This document shows, in pieces, positions 13,001 to 26,478 of a DNA stretch of 64,000 nt. The DNA lies in assembly GCA_023213395.1 (NCBI GenBank), contig CM041465.1, positions 245,465,741-245,529,740 on the forward strand, read 5' to 3'. This DNA is from Cycas panzhihuaensis. Its lineage: Eukaryota; Plantae; Cycadophyta. The translations under genes were made by a program, and so were the position numbers. The notes below the pieces were generated by a model. That model worked only from the letters and a program-made list of their open reading frames with translations, was not told where the DNA came from and did no database searches. The first letter of the stretch is position 1. Each line of letters opens with the position of its first letter.

Positions 13001-15219
13001 ATAGAATGTGTCTTAATAGGATATAGTAAAAATTCAAAGGCATATAAGTGCATAGATCCAAGAACAAATAGAATCTATGTGAGTAGAGATGTCGTCTTTA
13101 ATGAAGATAGCTCAGATGAATCCTCACAAATCAAAGTAATAGAAAATGTAAAGGAATTGGAAACTGCCGGACACAGAATAATGCAGGAAGATGAGGAAGA
13201 AAGTCAGTCAGGAATTACTTCAGAAAACCAAGAAACTGGAGAAGGAAATGATTTAGAAATCACTTCAGAAGAAGGACAAGTTGATTCATCGTCATCAACA
13301 GGTCAGGAAGACACCATCGAAAAAGAAGGACCATCATCATCAACTGGCCAGGGAGACATCATCGAAAAAGGAGATCCACAGAAACAAAAAAAGCTGCCGA
13401 AATGGTATATCAAAACTGTTGAAGAAGGAAATATATTAGAACAAAAAACTCGTGGGCAAAGGTCAAAAGCTCTTCTAAGCAAGATTGAACCACAGAATTT
13501 TGATGAAGCAAAAGATCATCCAGAATGGAGAGAAGCAATGGACAATGAAATAAATTCAATCAAGAAAAATCAAACATGGGATTTAGTAGAACTACCTGCT
13601 AATAAATCCACCAGAAGCGCAAATGGGTTTACAAAACAAAGAAAGGAGTCGATGGCAAAATTGAGAAACACAAGGCAAGGTTAGTTGCAAAAGGATACAC
13701 TCAAACTGCAGGTGTAGATTTTGATGAGACCTTTTCTCCAAAGAGCGAAGATGAACACAAGAAGGACAAGAATAGCCTTAGTCACGCCAAGGTTGGGGAA
13801 TCTCTCAGATGGACGTAAAAAGTGCCTTCCTAAACGGTGAGTTAGAAGAAGAGGTTTATATGCAACAGCCAGAAGGATATGCAGAACAAGGAAAAGAAAG
13901 TCTAGTCTGCAAATTCAAAAAGGCCTTGTATGGTCTAAAACAAGCACCGCGTGCCTGGTATGCAAAATTAGATCACTTTCTTGAAGAAAATAAGTTTATT
14001 CGGTGCAACTCAGACTCCGATCATACATAAGGAAAACGAACAACAAGGTAACAATAATTGTTGTTTATGTAGATGATATGATTCTTACTGGAAATGATGT
14101 AGAGGGAATTAAGTGGATCAAAAGTCAACTTCAATGAAATTTGAAATGATAGACTTAGGTTCACTAAGTTATTACTTGGGACTGGAGATAGGTCAACACC
14201 AAAACTGCATAACTCTGTCCCAAAGCAACTACATCAAAAATCGCTTGTTCGATTTCGGATGGAGAATTGCAATCCATGCACAACTCCCATGGAAACAAAT
14301 TGTGATCTAACGGTAGATAGTATGGAGAAAGATCGATGTTACTTTATACGGACAAATGATTGGAAGTCTCGATTTATCCGATCACCAGCGACATATCCTA
14401 CTCGAGGACTAATATCAAGATATATGCGTAATCCAAAGTCGAGACACGGCAAGTCGCAAAAGAATTCGAGATATCTCAAAGGAACAACAGATCTTAAATT
14501 GGTATACTCAAAGGGCATCCAATTAAAATAACAGTGGCATCGCGATTACGATTTGGTGACAAAGAACAAAGGAAATCCACAAGTGGATTTTGCTTTTCTT
14601 AGGAGCCTCGGCAATTTCATGGTGCGAAGAAACAAGCAACAAGAGCTCTCTCCTCTCTGTAAGGAATATAAAGCAGCCACATCAGCAACATGTGAAGCAA
14701 TCTGGTTAAGACAACTCTTACTTGACTTGAATCAACAGCAGAAAGGAGCAACTTCTCTAAAATGTGACAATCAAAGTGCCATCAAGCTGACCAAAAATCC
14801 AATTCTACATGCAAGAACAAAACATATTGAAGTTCATCATCATTTTATAAGAGAAAAAGTGCAGAATAAAGAGATAGACTTGGAATACTGTCCGACATCT
14901 GAACAAGTTGCGGATCTTCTGACAAAACCACTTGGAAGAGAAAGACTCAGATATTTGAGAGACAAGATAGGACTTTTAGAGATAAAACATTAAGAGGGGG
15001 TGTTGAAGTATAATGTTTTATCTAGAAGAGAAAAAAGGGGGTCATGTTAGACCCATCATTAATGTACTCATAAGATCATGCCACTTGGCAGTATCTGAGT
15101 GATCGGTTACATTAGTGGTTGTAACCATCACGTCACTATTGTGTACTTAAGCAGATTGAATCTCAATAAACAATTGTACATTCTTTCCTCTGTTTAGTTC
15201 CGCTCTGTATTTTTCAACA
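10027..15219 (+). mobile_element. Complete young Copia retrotransposon C: 219-bp LTRs 10027-10245 and 15001-15219, TSD AGTGA
   Basis: TG...CA LTRs differing at one base by eye, PBS TGGTATCAGAGC at 10246-10257, PPT aagaggggg at 14992-15000, AGTGA on both sides. Confidence 0.97.
10870..14993 (+). pseudogene. Copia C gag-pol (frameshifted)
   Basis: KLTGSNYHVW gag, WYIDSGASKHMT protease, IHTDIYGP / RSDGGGEY integrase, [24 protein letters not shown] RNase H. Confidence 0.93.
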
Positions 15220-18200
15220 AGTGACTCCATATTGTGTTGGGCGGATTTTTGCTCATATTTGGGCGAATTCAACATAGAAAAGAAGCTCGTTTCATTTATT
15301 GGAATCATGTTGGCTTGATCTGAAGCATTTTGCAAGCATCTATGCTTTAGCCACATGTATATGAAGTGATTAAACTCATTCATGAAGCCGTTTAGACCTA
15401 CAATTGCTTGCCCATTAGTCAGTTGGCCTTGCACCCAAATAGACTTCAAAGCGGCTTGTTCTCCTTCCACTCAACATCAAATCCTGTAAAATTTGGCAAA
15501 AATCTTTGTTTGCACATCAGGAATGTTGGTCCAGAACTATTTGCAATCTAAGCCTCCATTTGAGAGTTATCTCTCTCTGCATGTTTGGTTTTTCATCGCC
15601 CAACGCCATTTCGATTTCTCAGAAAAATTTTGATTTTGAACTTTATTGAAATAACCTTAGTTTATGTTATTTGGCATATTCTGTGAATATTTCACTTTTT
15701 TATAAAAGGTTCATTTCTTAAAGTTTGGTTTTCAACGCTTTTTTAATGTTATTTAATCTCATTTCAAGCCAAATACTTCATTTTTTTTTGTTTTAGTTGA
15801 CTTAACACAAAAAAAAGTGCATGTTTTTTATCACTCAAAAATCATTGATTTGAAGAGTATTATGTACCTTTCATGAAAAATTCACATTGTACGCTTTTCT
15901 TAAAGGTTCCCTGCGTGGTGACCTCTTTAGTTCAAGGCACAAAAGGACTAAAATTACTCTTTTTTTTTAACACAAAAAATCAATTTCTTGGTGCGTGTTA
16001 GGACTATTTTAAGGTCCCGATGTCTTCTTAGTGCCATGTGATTTGGCACAAGTTATTAAATGGTGCTTAAAGTGATCGGTTTTTGCACTTAAAGAATAAA
16101 CCTACTCTAAGCACTACAAGTAAGCAATAATCTTTCATTTGGCACTTTAGGTTTTTTTCAAGATTTTAGTGCTCATTTTTTAACATTTAAAGTGTTCTGT
16201 TAAGCATTCAAGTAGCTTTATTTGCAAGCATTTGTATCAAGTTCCAATAGTTTCAAGGTAGCTGTGAACTCTAGGGAAAGTACAATACAACCATGCAGAT
16301 CAATCCTTCATCGCTTGTTCTAAAACTTGACTTTGGGCAACTGTTGGATCTACTTGAAAGATCATGGTTGTACCAACTCCACTTAAGTGACGAAAGCTTT
16401 GAGTTTCCAATTTGTTTCTTTAGTTACAAGAGCATCTTTTTTAAACAACTTTAACATAATGGCGTCTATCAATATACTTAATGCAAATCATATTAAATCA
16501 AATGGTCAAATTAATTTTTAGGAATGGAAGAAGCAAGTAAAGAATTTGCTTATTATGAATGAACTTTGGGCTTATGTATCAAGAATAATTAAAAAACTTG
16601 TACCCACTGAAAGTCCAAGAGATAGAATTGACATAATCCAACTTAATCATATTTTAGTTCCTGAATGGGAAGCTAAGGATGAAATAGCTTTAGTTTTTAT
16701 TCATATGACTATTGATAATGTTGTTGATCAAAACATTATAAGTATTGCTACTTCAAAAGATGCATGGGATACTTTGCTTTCTTCGTATGAACGGTGAGAT
16801 GATACTTGCATTGTTATGTCAAAAACAAAGTTGTTTACTATAAAATTTGTTGAGCCTGTGATTGCTTTTTTGTTTTCCATCAAAGAGATCTATAATCGGT
16901 TGACAACATTGGGCAAATTGATATCGAATCAAGACCTTGTGACTACCATGATTCATTCATTGCCATGGGAGTACAATGACTTCATTTCATCAATTACTAA
17001 AGGAGGCACACTTGGCACCATGACTTTCAATCAACTTGAAAGTCTTTTATTACGAGATGAGCAAATCTACTATCGTCAGGATGAAGCATCTACGTTTGGA
17101 GAATTTATTGCCAAAGTACAAAGGCAAACACACTCTTAAACAAAATCTCAACAGACAGTTTTGGAATCTTAATCTAGGCACATCAAAAGGCATGAATGTT
17201 GTTTGTCATTATTGTGGCAAAATGGGTCACATTCAATCAGAGTGCCGGAAGAGACAATTTGGCTTGCAACAACAACAACAACCACCTCAACCTCAATAGT
17301 AGCAATAGAGACAATAGTAGCAGCCCTCTTATAGACAAAATCAAGGTGGATTTTTAAGAGGTCACAGAGGAAGGGGGCATTTAGAAGTGGCAATCAACAC
17401 CACACAAATCAGTTTGGAAATGATGAAACTTTATTTTGTGCTTATCATGACAAGAACAATGACAACACATGGATTGTCGATTAAGGATCATCCTATCATA
17501 TGATTGGAGACAAGGATTTGCTCTATGACATTGCAGAAGACAAAGGGTAGACAGACAGTCACTTTTGGCAATAATGAGGCCGTTCAAATATCTGAAGTGG
17601 GAAAAATTGCCTCCTTCCACTCACCAGATAGCTCTGCTTCCACATTTCTCAGAAGTGATGCTTTCTTGGTGCCATCAATGCACAAAAGCTTGCTATCTAT
17701 TAGCCAATTGGATAAGCAACATGTAAGTGTTTTGTTTAAAGGTGGAAAATGCACAATCAATGATAAATTCGATCAAGTGGTTGCCATTAGTCATGTAGAC
17801 CGTGGACTTCATAAATTGGATGTTTTTAATATCATACTTGATATTTCACAAGCAAATGTCATAGAATCATTGGCAAAGGAACAACTATGGCACAATAGGC
17901 TTAGTTACTTGAACCTAGATAATATTGAAATGATGTTCAATAAAAACATGGTGTTTGGGCTTCCAAAGATTTCAACATCAAAATGCCTTTGTGAAGCTTG
18001 CATAATGGGGAAACAACATCAGGAGTTGTGTCTAAAAGGCAAAGCTTGGTATGCATCTCAACCGTTGTAACTGGTACATATAGATATATGTGGACCCATA
18101 TCCACATTGTCTCTTGGAGGAGTATTGTTCTATATCACTTTCATTGATGACATAAAGTTTGGGTTTATTGCATCAAATATAAATCTGAAGCTTTGGACAA

Positions 18201-19645
18201 GTTCAAAGAATTCAAACTTTTTGTGGAGAAGGAATTAGTCTACTAATCAAAATATTGTGATTTGGCAATGATGGCGAGTTTATTTCAAGGGAGTTTAACC
18301 ATTGCTGCAAAGATAATGGAATTAGGAAACAACTCACTACTTCATACGTACCACAACAAAATGGAGTAGCTGAGAGGATGAATAGGACTTTGGCAAATAA
18401 AGCCAAAGCCATGATGCATGCTAAGAACCTTCCATTGACCTATTGGGCAGAAGGGTTTCACACAACAACTTGTGTCTCCAATTGGACTACCACAACTACA
18501 GTCGTTGATATGATACCAAAGAAGGCTTGGACTAGCAAAATGCCGACAGTTAGCTATTTGCGCACTTTTGGGTGTACTGCATACATGCACATTCCCCAAC
18601 AACAAAGGAGAACATTAGACAACAAAAGTCCAAAGGTGTATTTTCATTAGTTACTTTATTGACAACAAGGCATATAGAGTGTATGATCCCATTGGAAAGA
18701 AAATGCATGTCACAAGAGATGTTATCTTTGCTGAGGATAATGAAGAGATGGACCTTGCATCCATCCATCTACTTCTTGACAATGGAAAGTAGGTTGTTGA
18801 GGACTTCCTTCCTTCACAGTCTTCCATACCATGTTCATCTTCTACTCCTGTTGCTTCTTTGTTTACTTCAACTCCATCCTCATCATTAGCTCCTTTTAAA
18901 CCTAGTAGCCCTTCAGAGGTTGTAGAACCATTACAGGACAAAGATATTGATCTTAGAGTTACAACAACAAAGAAGTTACCAAAATGGTATATTCAAAAAG
19001 TACAAGACGCACAAGTGATTGAAGGGAAATGTCCATCAAAGATGAGACAACAATCGGTTAGTTGTGCACTTATGGTTGAAGTGCTTTATGATGATGAGCC
19101 TTCCACTTTTGAGGAGGCATGTAAAAATAAAAAGTGGAAAGCTGCCATGGATGAGAAAGTCCATTTTATTGACAAGAATAGAACATGGGATTTGGTTGAA
19201 TTGCCTAAAGGAAAACAAGTAATCAGTTGCAAATGGATATACAAAACCAAATTCCAATTTGATGGTTCAATCAAGCATCATAAGGCTTGATTGGTTGCTA
19301 AGGGATTTAAATAAAAAGAAGCCATTGACTATGAAGAGACCTTTGTACCAATGGCTAATATGAACACCGTTAGATTAATATTGGCCTTAGCTACTCAATG
19401 CAAATGGCCAATTTACTAGATGGACATAAAGAGCGCATTCCTAAATGGCGATCTCATAGAGGAGGTATATTTGGAGCAACCTCCTGGCTACATTGCACAT
19501 GGCAAAGAACACTTGGTTTGTCACCTCAAAAAGGCATTGTATGGTTTAAAACAAGTCTCTAGAGCATGGTATTCTAAAATTGATGATTATTTTCAGAGAC
19601 ATGGGTATCATTGATCCTCATTAGACCCTAATTTGTACATAAAAG

Positions 19646-22600
19646 TGTTGAAATGTAATGTTTTATCTAGGTAAAGAGGGGTCATGTTGAGATACCCACT
19701 CAAATGTAACTCAATGCTAAGATTGTGACACTTGGCTGTCTCATATTGATCAGTTACATTTCAGTTTGTAACGGTCACTCCTATGATGTATATTTAAGAA
19801 GAATGAACCACCATGAAATACAAGTTCTCTATTCCATCCTATTTGGATTTCCAACATGGTATCAGAGCAGGTCACCCTGCTTGTTTGAGAGAGGGCATTG
19901 ATTGGTTAACACAGACTGTTTTGAGAGAGACAAAGAAGCCAATTATCCCAAAAGGCAATTGCAAGTAAAATTAAGGGTCAAGACCACTGGAAAGAACAGA
20001 ATCGAAGCCAACCGAAAGCGTTGTACAGACTGTGTACGGAATTGTACGACTGTACGGACGGAAATTCAAGTGTCTCAAACTGAGATGAAATTTCACTAGC
20101 AAGCAGATCTCAGCCTCCTCTTCACTTCTCTCTTCAGGGTCGAAGTCATCCGATGAAGTTTCGAAAGGGTTTTTGGTGTTTTTCCAGCCGCGCAGGTTTA
20201 GAGGTATTTCAGTGAAAATCTCTAAAATTTTTCGAATTTCTTGAATCAAAGCTAGTGTGAACTCTGCATCTGAGCCCTGAGAAGATATCTTGACGGATTT
20301 CAAGCGATTTAATGAGGTATTTTTTAAATTACAAGCAAAAACGTGTTTTGCCCTAGCTACGCCCTTCTGCCTTTCGGGCCAGGTTTCTCACTATATACAG
20401 ACTGTTTTGGAAAAAGAATACCAGATCCGGAATCCTCATTCAATTACCTTTCTTTTGAGGTAGGTTTTGTACCAGTCCGTACAAGTTCATCTCCGTACGG
20501 AAATCCCTACAACTGTACGACCCAGACCTTGTCACTCAGTTGCTCTTTAGACTAAATGGCTTTAGGTCTTATATCCCTGCCATAATCAGAGAAATTGACT
20601 GATTCAAATTATCATGTATGGAACATAAAAGTAGAAACCATCTTGAGAGTCAAAAATGTCTAGAATATTGCAATTGGAACTGAGAGTTGTCCAAGTAACT
20701 CAAATACAAAATTGGCAAGTTGGGAAGAAAGAAACAATATAGGTGTTCACATTCTGAAAATGTCCATTTCTGACTCAATCTTGATATATGTTGAAAAATT
20801 GAATTTGTCCTCTGATATTTGGAAATGTCTGGAAAACTTATATGGGCAGAAAAATAAAGCTAGAATAATTGCACTTAAGGAAGAATTATATAGGCTTCAC
20901 ATGAAAGAAAGTGAAAGTATAACGGAATTCATGCACAAGGTCATTTCAATTCGAAATAAATTGTCAAGTGCAGAAGGTTTGATTTTTGAACAAGAGTTAG
21001 TGGAACTAGTGTCAACCAAGCTACCAAAGTCCTTCGACACAACCATCAATACTATGACAAATAATGATAAAATTGATAAAATAACTCTTGATGAACTAAC
21101 AGTATTGCTGTTAAGACAGGAACAAAGGAATAAGAGATATGAGGATTCTTCAGAATTAGAAGATGCCTTTGCATCTAGATTAAATTTAGGCCCACGAAAT
21201 AGAAATCAATCTTGTGGACGAAGTTCAATACCAAACTTCAGAGGACGTGGACGTTGGCAAGATTCGAGGGGACGTGGACAAAGCAGAGACACCAGAATTT
21301 GTTTCAATTGTGGAAGAACCGGGCACATCTCCAACGGCTGAAGAATCTTTGACATATGCTACCATTGTGGACAAACTGGGCACTACCCTTATCGGTGCCC
21401 ACAAAGAAGAAGTAAAATCCAGAAAGGTAAACGACCAATCAGTGGGTACAACAAAGAAAAAACAGAAGAAGAGGAAGAGGAGACTGCTTTCATCGTTGCT
21501 TTGGTTACCAACCTAAAAGACAATGACGTATGGTATATTGACTCAGGAGCTTCGAGACACATGACCAGTCGTGAACACTGGTTTGAGACTCTAGAACCTT
21601 GTGACTTCAACAGATCAGTCGAATTAGGCGATAAATATCCACTTGATATAAAAGGGGTTGGGACAATTGCTGTCAATTTGCAAAGGAATGTAAAGAAAAT
21701 TGGAAATGTTTTACTGGTTCCTGGTTTAAAAATGAACCTTCTTTCTGTTTCATAACTCAGCAAGAAGGACTTAAGAACAATTTTTGATGAAGAGGGATAT
21801 TGTCATATTTTGGATATGAAAACGGATGGAGAAATTATTGCAAAAGGTGTAAGATGTAATGATTTGAACAAACTTCTGTTAAATCTTGTACTTCCCAATC
21901 TGGAAGAAAAGGCTTGTACTGTCACCAAATCTAGCAATAAAATTTGGCATTTGAAGTATGGACACCTCCCAATTGAGACATTGAAATTAATGGAAAAATT
22001 TGAAATGGTGAATGGTTTGCCTCATATCTCCTCTGATAACTTTGTTTGTAAAGGCTGTCAATTGGGTAAGCAACACCGACTTCCATTCAAAGAAAGTACT
22101 TGGAGAGCAGAATCAAAACCGGAACTGATCCATACAGATCTCTATGGTCCCATTACACCTCTTTCAGTCAATGGATGCTGATATTTTCTAACCTTCATCG
22201 ACGATTTTACTCGAAAGGTATGGGTGTACTTTCTCCATAACAAGTCAGAAGTCTTTGAAATGTTTACAGATTTCAAAGCAGAAGCAGGAACAAAAGTCAA
22301 ATGCATCAGATCAGATGGAGGGGGTGAATACATATCAAAAGAATTCTTGAATTACTGCAAAATTCAAGGAATTCACAGGCAGATTACAACTCCGTATACA
22401 CCACAGTCAAACGGAGTGGCAGAAAGAAAAAATAGAACATTGATGGAAATGGCAAGAATTATGGTCTATGGAAAAAATGTATCAAAATGTTATTGGGCAG
22501 AAGCGATGAAATACGACTGCTACCTAATAAATCGAAGTCCAACAAAAGTCTTGAAGGATATTACTCTAGAAGAAGGTTGGACAAATAGAAAACCTGTTGT

Positions 22601-24933
22601 AAGTTCACTTAAAGTCTTTGGTAACCAAGCCTTTGTCCACATACCTGACAAAAAAAAATCTAAGATGGATGCAAAAAGCATAGAATGTATTATGGTAGGC
22701 TATAGCAAGAATTCAAACGCTTACAAATGCATAGATCCTAAGACCAATAAAATCTATGTAAGCAGAGATGTAACTTTCAATGAAGAAGATAGTGAACCTA
22801 CACAAGTCAGAATAATCGAAGAAAGTGAAAAGTTGATTGAGCAGGAAGCTGCATTCGAAAAAGAGATCGAGCAAGAAGCTACATTCGAAATAACATCAGA
22901 AGAAGTACCAATCTCTCCTTCCTCCTCCAGCCAAAAAGAAACATAATCTGTCATAGATCAACCAGCAGCAGAGGTTGACAGTAAAGAAGGAGCAAAAGAA
23001 ACTGACAGTAAGGAAATCTTACAAAAACAAAAGAAACTACCTAGATGGTACATGAAACAATTGAGGAAGGAAAAGGTAATGTGATAGAACACAGAACAAG
23101 GAGTCAAAAAACAAAGGCCCTGCTGACCAGAATCGAACCTCAGACTTTCCAAGAAGCCAAAGAGCAATAGGTATGGAAGACAGCGATGGACAATGAGATA
23201 GATTCAATCAAAAGAAATCAGACTTGGGAATTGGTGGAATTACCAATCAATAAATCTGTTGTCAATTGTAAATGGGTCTTCAAAACTAAAGAAGGGATGA
23301 ATGGTAAAATAGAAAAATATAAAGCAAGGTTGGTTGCCAAAGGGTACACTCAAACAATTGGAGTGGACTTCGATGAGACATTCTTTCCTGTGGCCAAAAT
23401 GAACACTGTAAGGACGGTAATTGCACTAGCTGCAACATATAATTAGAAGATCTCTCAGTTGGATGTAAAGAATGCCTTTTTGAATAGAGAATTAGAAGAT
23501 CTCTCAGTTGGATGTAAAGAATGCCTTTTTGAATAGAGAATTAGAAGAAGAAGTTTACATGAAACAGCCTGAAGGATATGTTAAAGAAGGACAAGAGAAC
23601 CTGGTATGCAAACTGAAAAAGGCATTATATGTTCTGAAGCAAGCTCCTCGATCTTGGTACGCAAAATTGGATCATTTTATAGAAGAAAACAACTTCAAAT
23701 GATGTGATTCAGACCCCAGTTTATACATAAGGAAAAAGGATGATAAGGTCACAATAATTGTTGTCTATGTTGATGATATGCTCCTCACTAGAAACGATGA
23801 AAAAGGCACAGAAGACATAAAAGATCAACTCCAGCAAAAGTTTGAGATGACAGACTTAGGTCTTTTAAATTACTACCTGGGATTAGAAATAGACCAACAA
23901 CAGAGTTATATAACTCTGTCCTAGAGTAAATACATTAGAAATTTACTTGCCAAATTTCAGATGGAGAATTGCAATCCCTGTACTACACCCATGGAAACAT
24001 ATTGTGAATTGATGGCAGATAACATGGAAGAGGCAACAGACATCACTCTGTACAGACAAATGATCGAAAGTTTGATTTATTTGACAGTCACTAGGCCCGA
24101 CATATCGCACTCAGTAGGACTAGTATCCAGATATATGCAGAATCCCATATTAAGACACTGGAAGGCTGCAAAGAGAATTCTAAAATATCTTAAAGGAACA
24201 ACATATTTGAAATTAGTATACCCAAAAGGAGGTTCAACAAAATTATCAAGGTATTGTGACTTCGACTGGGCAGGGGACAAGGAACAAAGAAAGTCTACTA
24301 GTGGATACTGTTTCTTCCTGGGTCCTTCAGTAATCTCATGGTGCAGTAAAAAACAAGCCACCGTAGCATTATCTTGCACCGAAGCAAAATACAAAGCAGC
24401 CACCACAGCAACATGCGAAGGTATCTGGTTAAGAGAGCTCCTAATCGACCTGGAACAACGACAAATTGAAGCAACCTCTCTAAAGTGTGACAATCAGAGC
24501 GCTATCAAGTTGACCAAAAATCCAATCCTTCATGCAAGAACCAAGCACATAGAAGTTCATCATCATTTCATAAGGGAAAAAGTCCAAAACAAGGAAATTG
24601 ATCTAGAATATTGCCCATCTTCTGAGCAAGTTACAGATCTTTTGACGAAATCTCTTGGAAAAGAAAGACTTTAGTATTTAAGAAACAAATTAGGTTTATT
24701 GGAGATAAAACATTAAGAGAGGGTGTTGAAATGTAATGTTTTATCTAGGTAAAGAGGGGTCATGTTGAGATACCACTCAAATGTAACTCAATGCTAAGAT
24801 TGTGACACTTGGCTGTCTCAGATTGATCAGTTACATTTCAGTTTGTAACGGTCACTCCTATGATGTATATTTAAGAAGAATGAACCACCATGAAATACAA
24901 GTTCTCTATTCCATCCTATTTGGATTTCCAACA
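19646..24933 (+). mobile_element. Complete Copia retrotransposon D, sister family of C: LTRs 19646-19856 and 24724-24933, TSD AAAAG
   Basis: LTRs differ by one substitution and one 1-bp indel. PBS 19857-19868, PPT 24715-24723. Inserted in the RT of B. Protein fragments closely parallel C and both end ...LLEIKH. Confidence 0.97.
20557..24716 (+). pseudogene. Copia D gag-pol (premature stops)
   Basis: CFNCGRTGH knuckle, WYIDSGASRHMT, RSDGGGEY...[31 protein letters not shown]. Confidence 0.93.
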
Positions 24934-26478
24934 AAAAGTTAGGGACAACCATGCTGTCTTTGTCATTTTATATGTTGATGCCTTAGTGATTACTGGGAGT
25001 GACACTAAAATGATATAGATTCTCCAAGAGGACCTTAAGAGAGATTTCGAGATGACAGATCTTGGACTTCTCCATTATTTTCTAAGCATGGAGGTGTGGC
25101 AACAACTAGGCCATATTTTTATCCCCCAAGCCAAATACATTGGGGACATTTTATAGTGATTCAAAATGGAGGATTGCAAACTTTCACCTATACCCATGTA
25201 GAATGGTACAAAATTATCACTTGATGAAGAAGTAGAACCAACAGGTCACAAATTATATGGACAACTGGTGGCTAGTCTCATCTAGTTGACTAACATTAGA
25301 CCAGATCTCCCATTTGGAATTGGGATTTGCTCCAGGTACATGTCTCAACCTATTAGAAACATTGGAATGCAACTAAATGTATATTGAGATATTTCAAAGG
25401 CATATTACAGCATGGCCTTCAGTATACACACATTGAGAATTTCACATTGGAGGGGTTATTGGATTCTAATTGGGCAGGATGTGAGGATAGTCGTAGATCG
25501 ACCTCAAGGTATAGCTTCAACCTTGGGTCAGCAATTGTTTCGTGGAGTTGCAAGAAGCAACCAAATGTTACTTTGTCCTCCGTAAAAGCAGAGTACAAAG
25601 CTATAGTCAGCGCAACTTGCAAGGCTATATGGCTAAGGAGGATTTTTAACGAGCTTGGATTTGAGCAAAATTACTCCACCAGATTGTACTATGACAACCA
25701 AAGCATGCTAAAGTTGGCTAAGAGTCCAATTTTTCATGCAACAACCAAGCACATTGGGGTTCATCAACATTTTTTCAAAGAACATGTGTAGAACGCTGAG
25801 ATCATCCTCTTTGGCAGATCCACAGATCAACAGTTATTGGACATCTTTACCAAGCCACTTGGTAGAGAAAAATTTGAGAAATTCAGGAATGGTCTAGGGG
25901 TAAAACTTAACATTGTAAACTTTAAGGTGTGGGGGGGGGGGGGGGGGGGGGTTAGACCTTTATGTTTAAATGTTAAGGCAGGCACATTATATTGTTTAGT
26001 TATGTACTTTATGTAAGGTACTTTGTCACTTAATGTGATAAAGTACACACCCACATTCTTTCTAGTGAGCATAATGTTGTAACTTGAGGGTCATTGTACC
26101 CCTTATGCACTTTTGCACATGTGAGTGCACATGGGTCATGGCATGCATGTTTGACAAGTTTCAAACATGCAACTCCTGAAGCTTCCTCCTCCTCCTCTAT
26201 ATATTAAGACCATTTTCTCATGTAGTGCATAGAGTGAGATGTGATATATTGTTATGCTGCTCATTTAAATACAAGCTAATCTTGTTATTTTGGAGTTAGG
26301 AACAATTCCCACTCCTCCATTGCTAATGTCTTTTTTATGCTTGAGTATTTACTTGCTTGTTGGCTAGTTCATGTAGTGCTATTGATTTGATGCTAATCAT
26401 TAGAATCTCTTAGCACATTTGCTCTTTAAGTGATTCTAGGCTGTCATTGTGGTATTAGAGCTTATACCACACTCAACA

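Larger units (their letters stand above)
9249..26478 (+). mobile_element. Copia retrotransposon B, host of insertions C and D: partial 5' LTR 9249-9650, PBS 9653-9664, gag-pol 16459-19645 and 24939-~25900, 3' LTR ~25950-26478
   Basis: The LTR copies align over ~400 bp and both end ...ATACCACACTCAACA. Gag knuckle CHYCGKMGHIQSEC, integrase, and an RT that reads through once D is removed (LYIKV|RDNHAVFVILYVDAL); RNase H ORF at 25384. Confidence 0.9.

Noticed and set aside
11152-24493. Long antisense ORFs over the Copia pol regions
   Set aside because: Shadow frames of the sense coding sequence.
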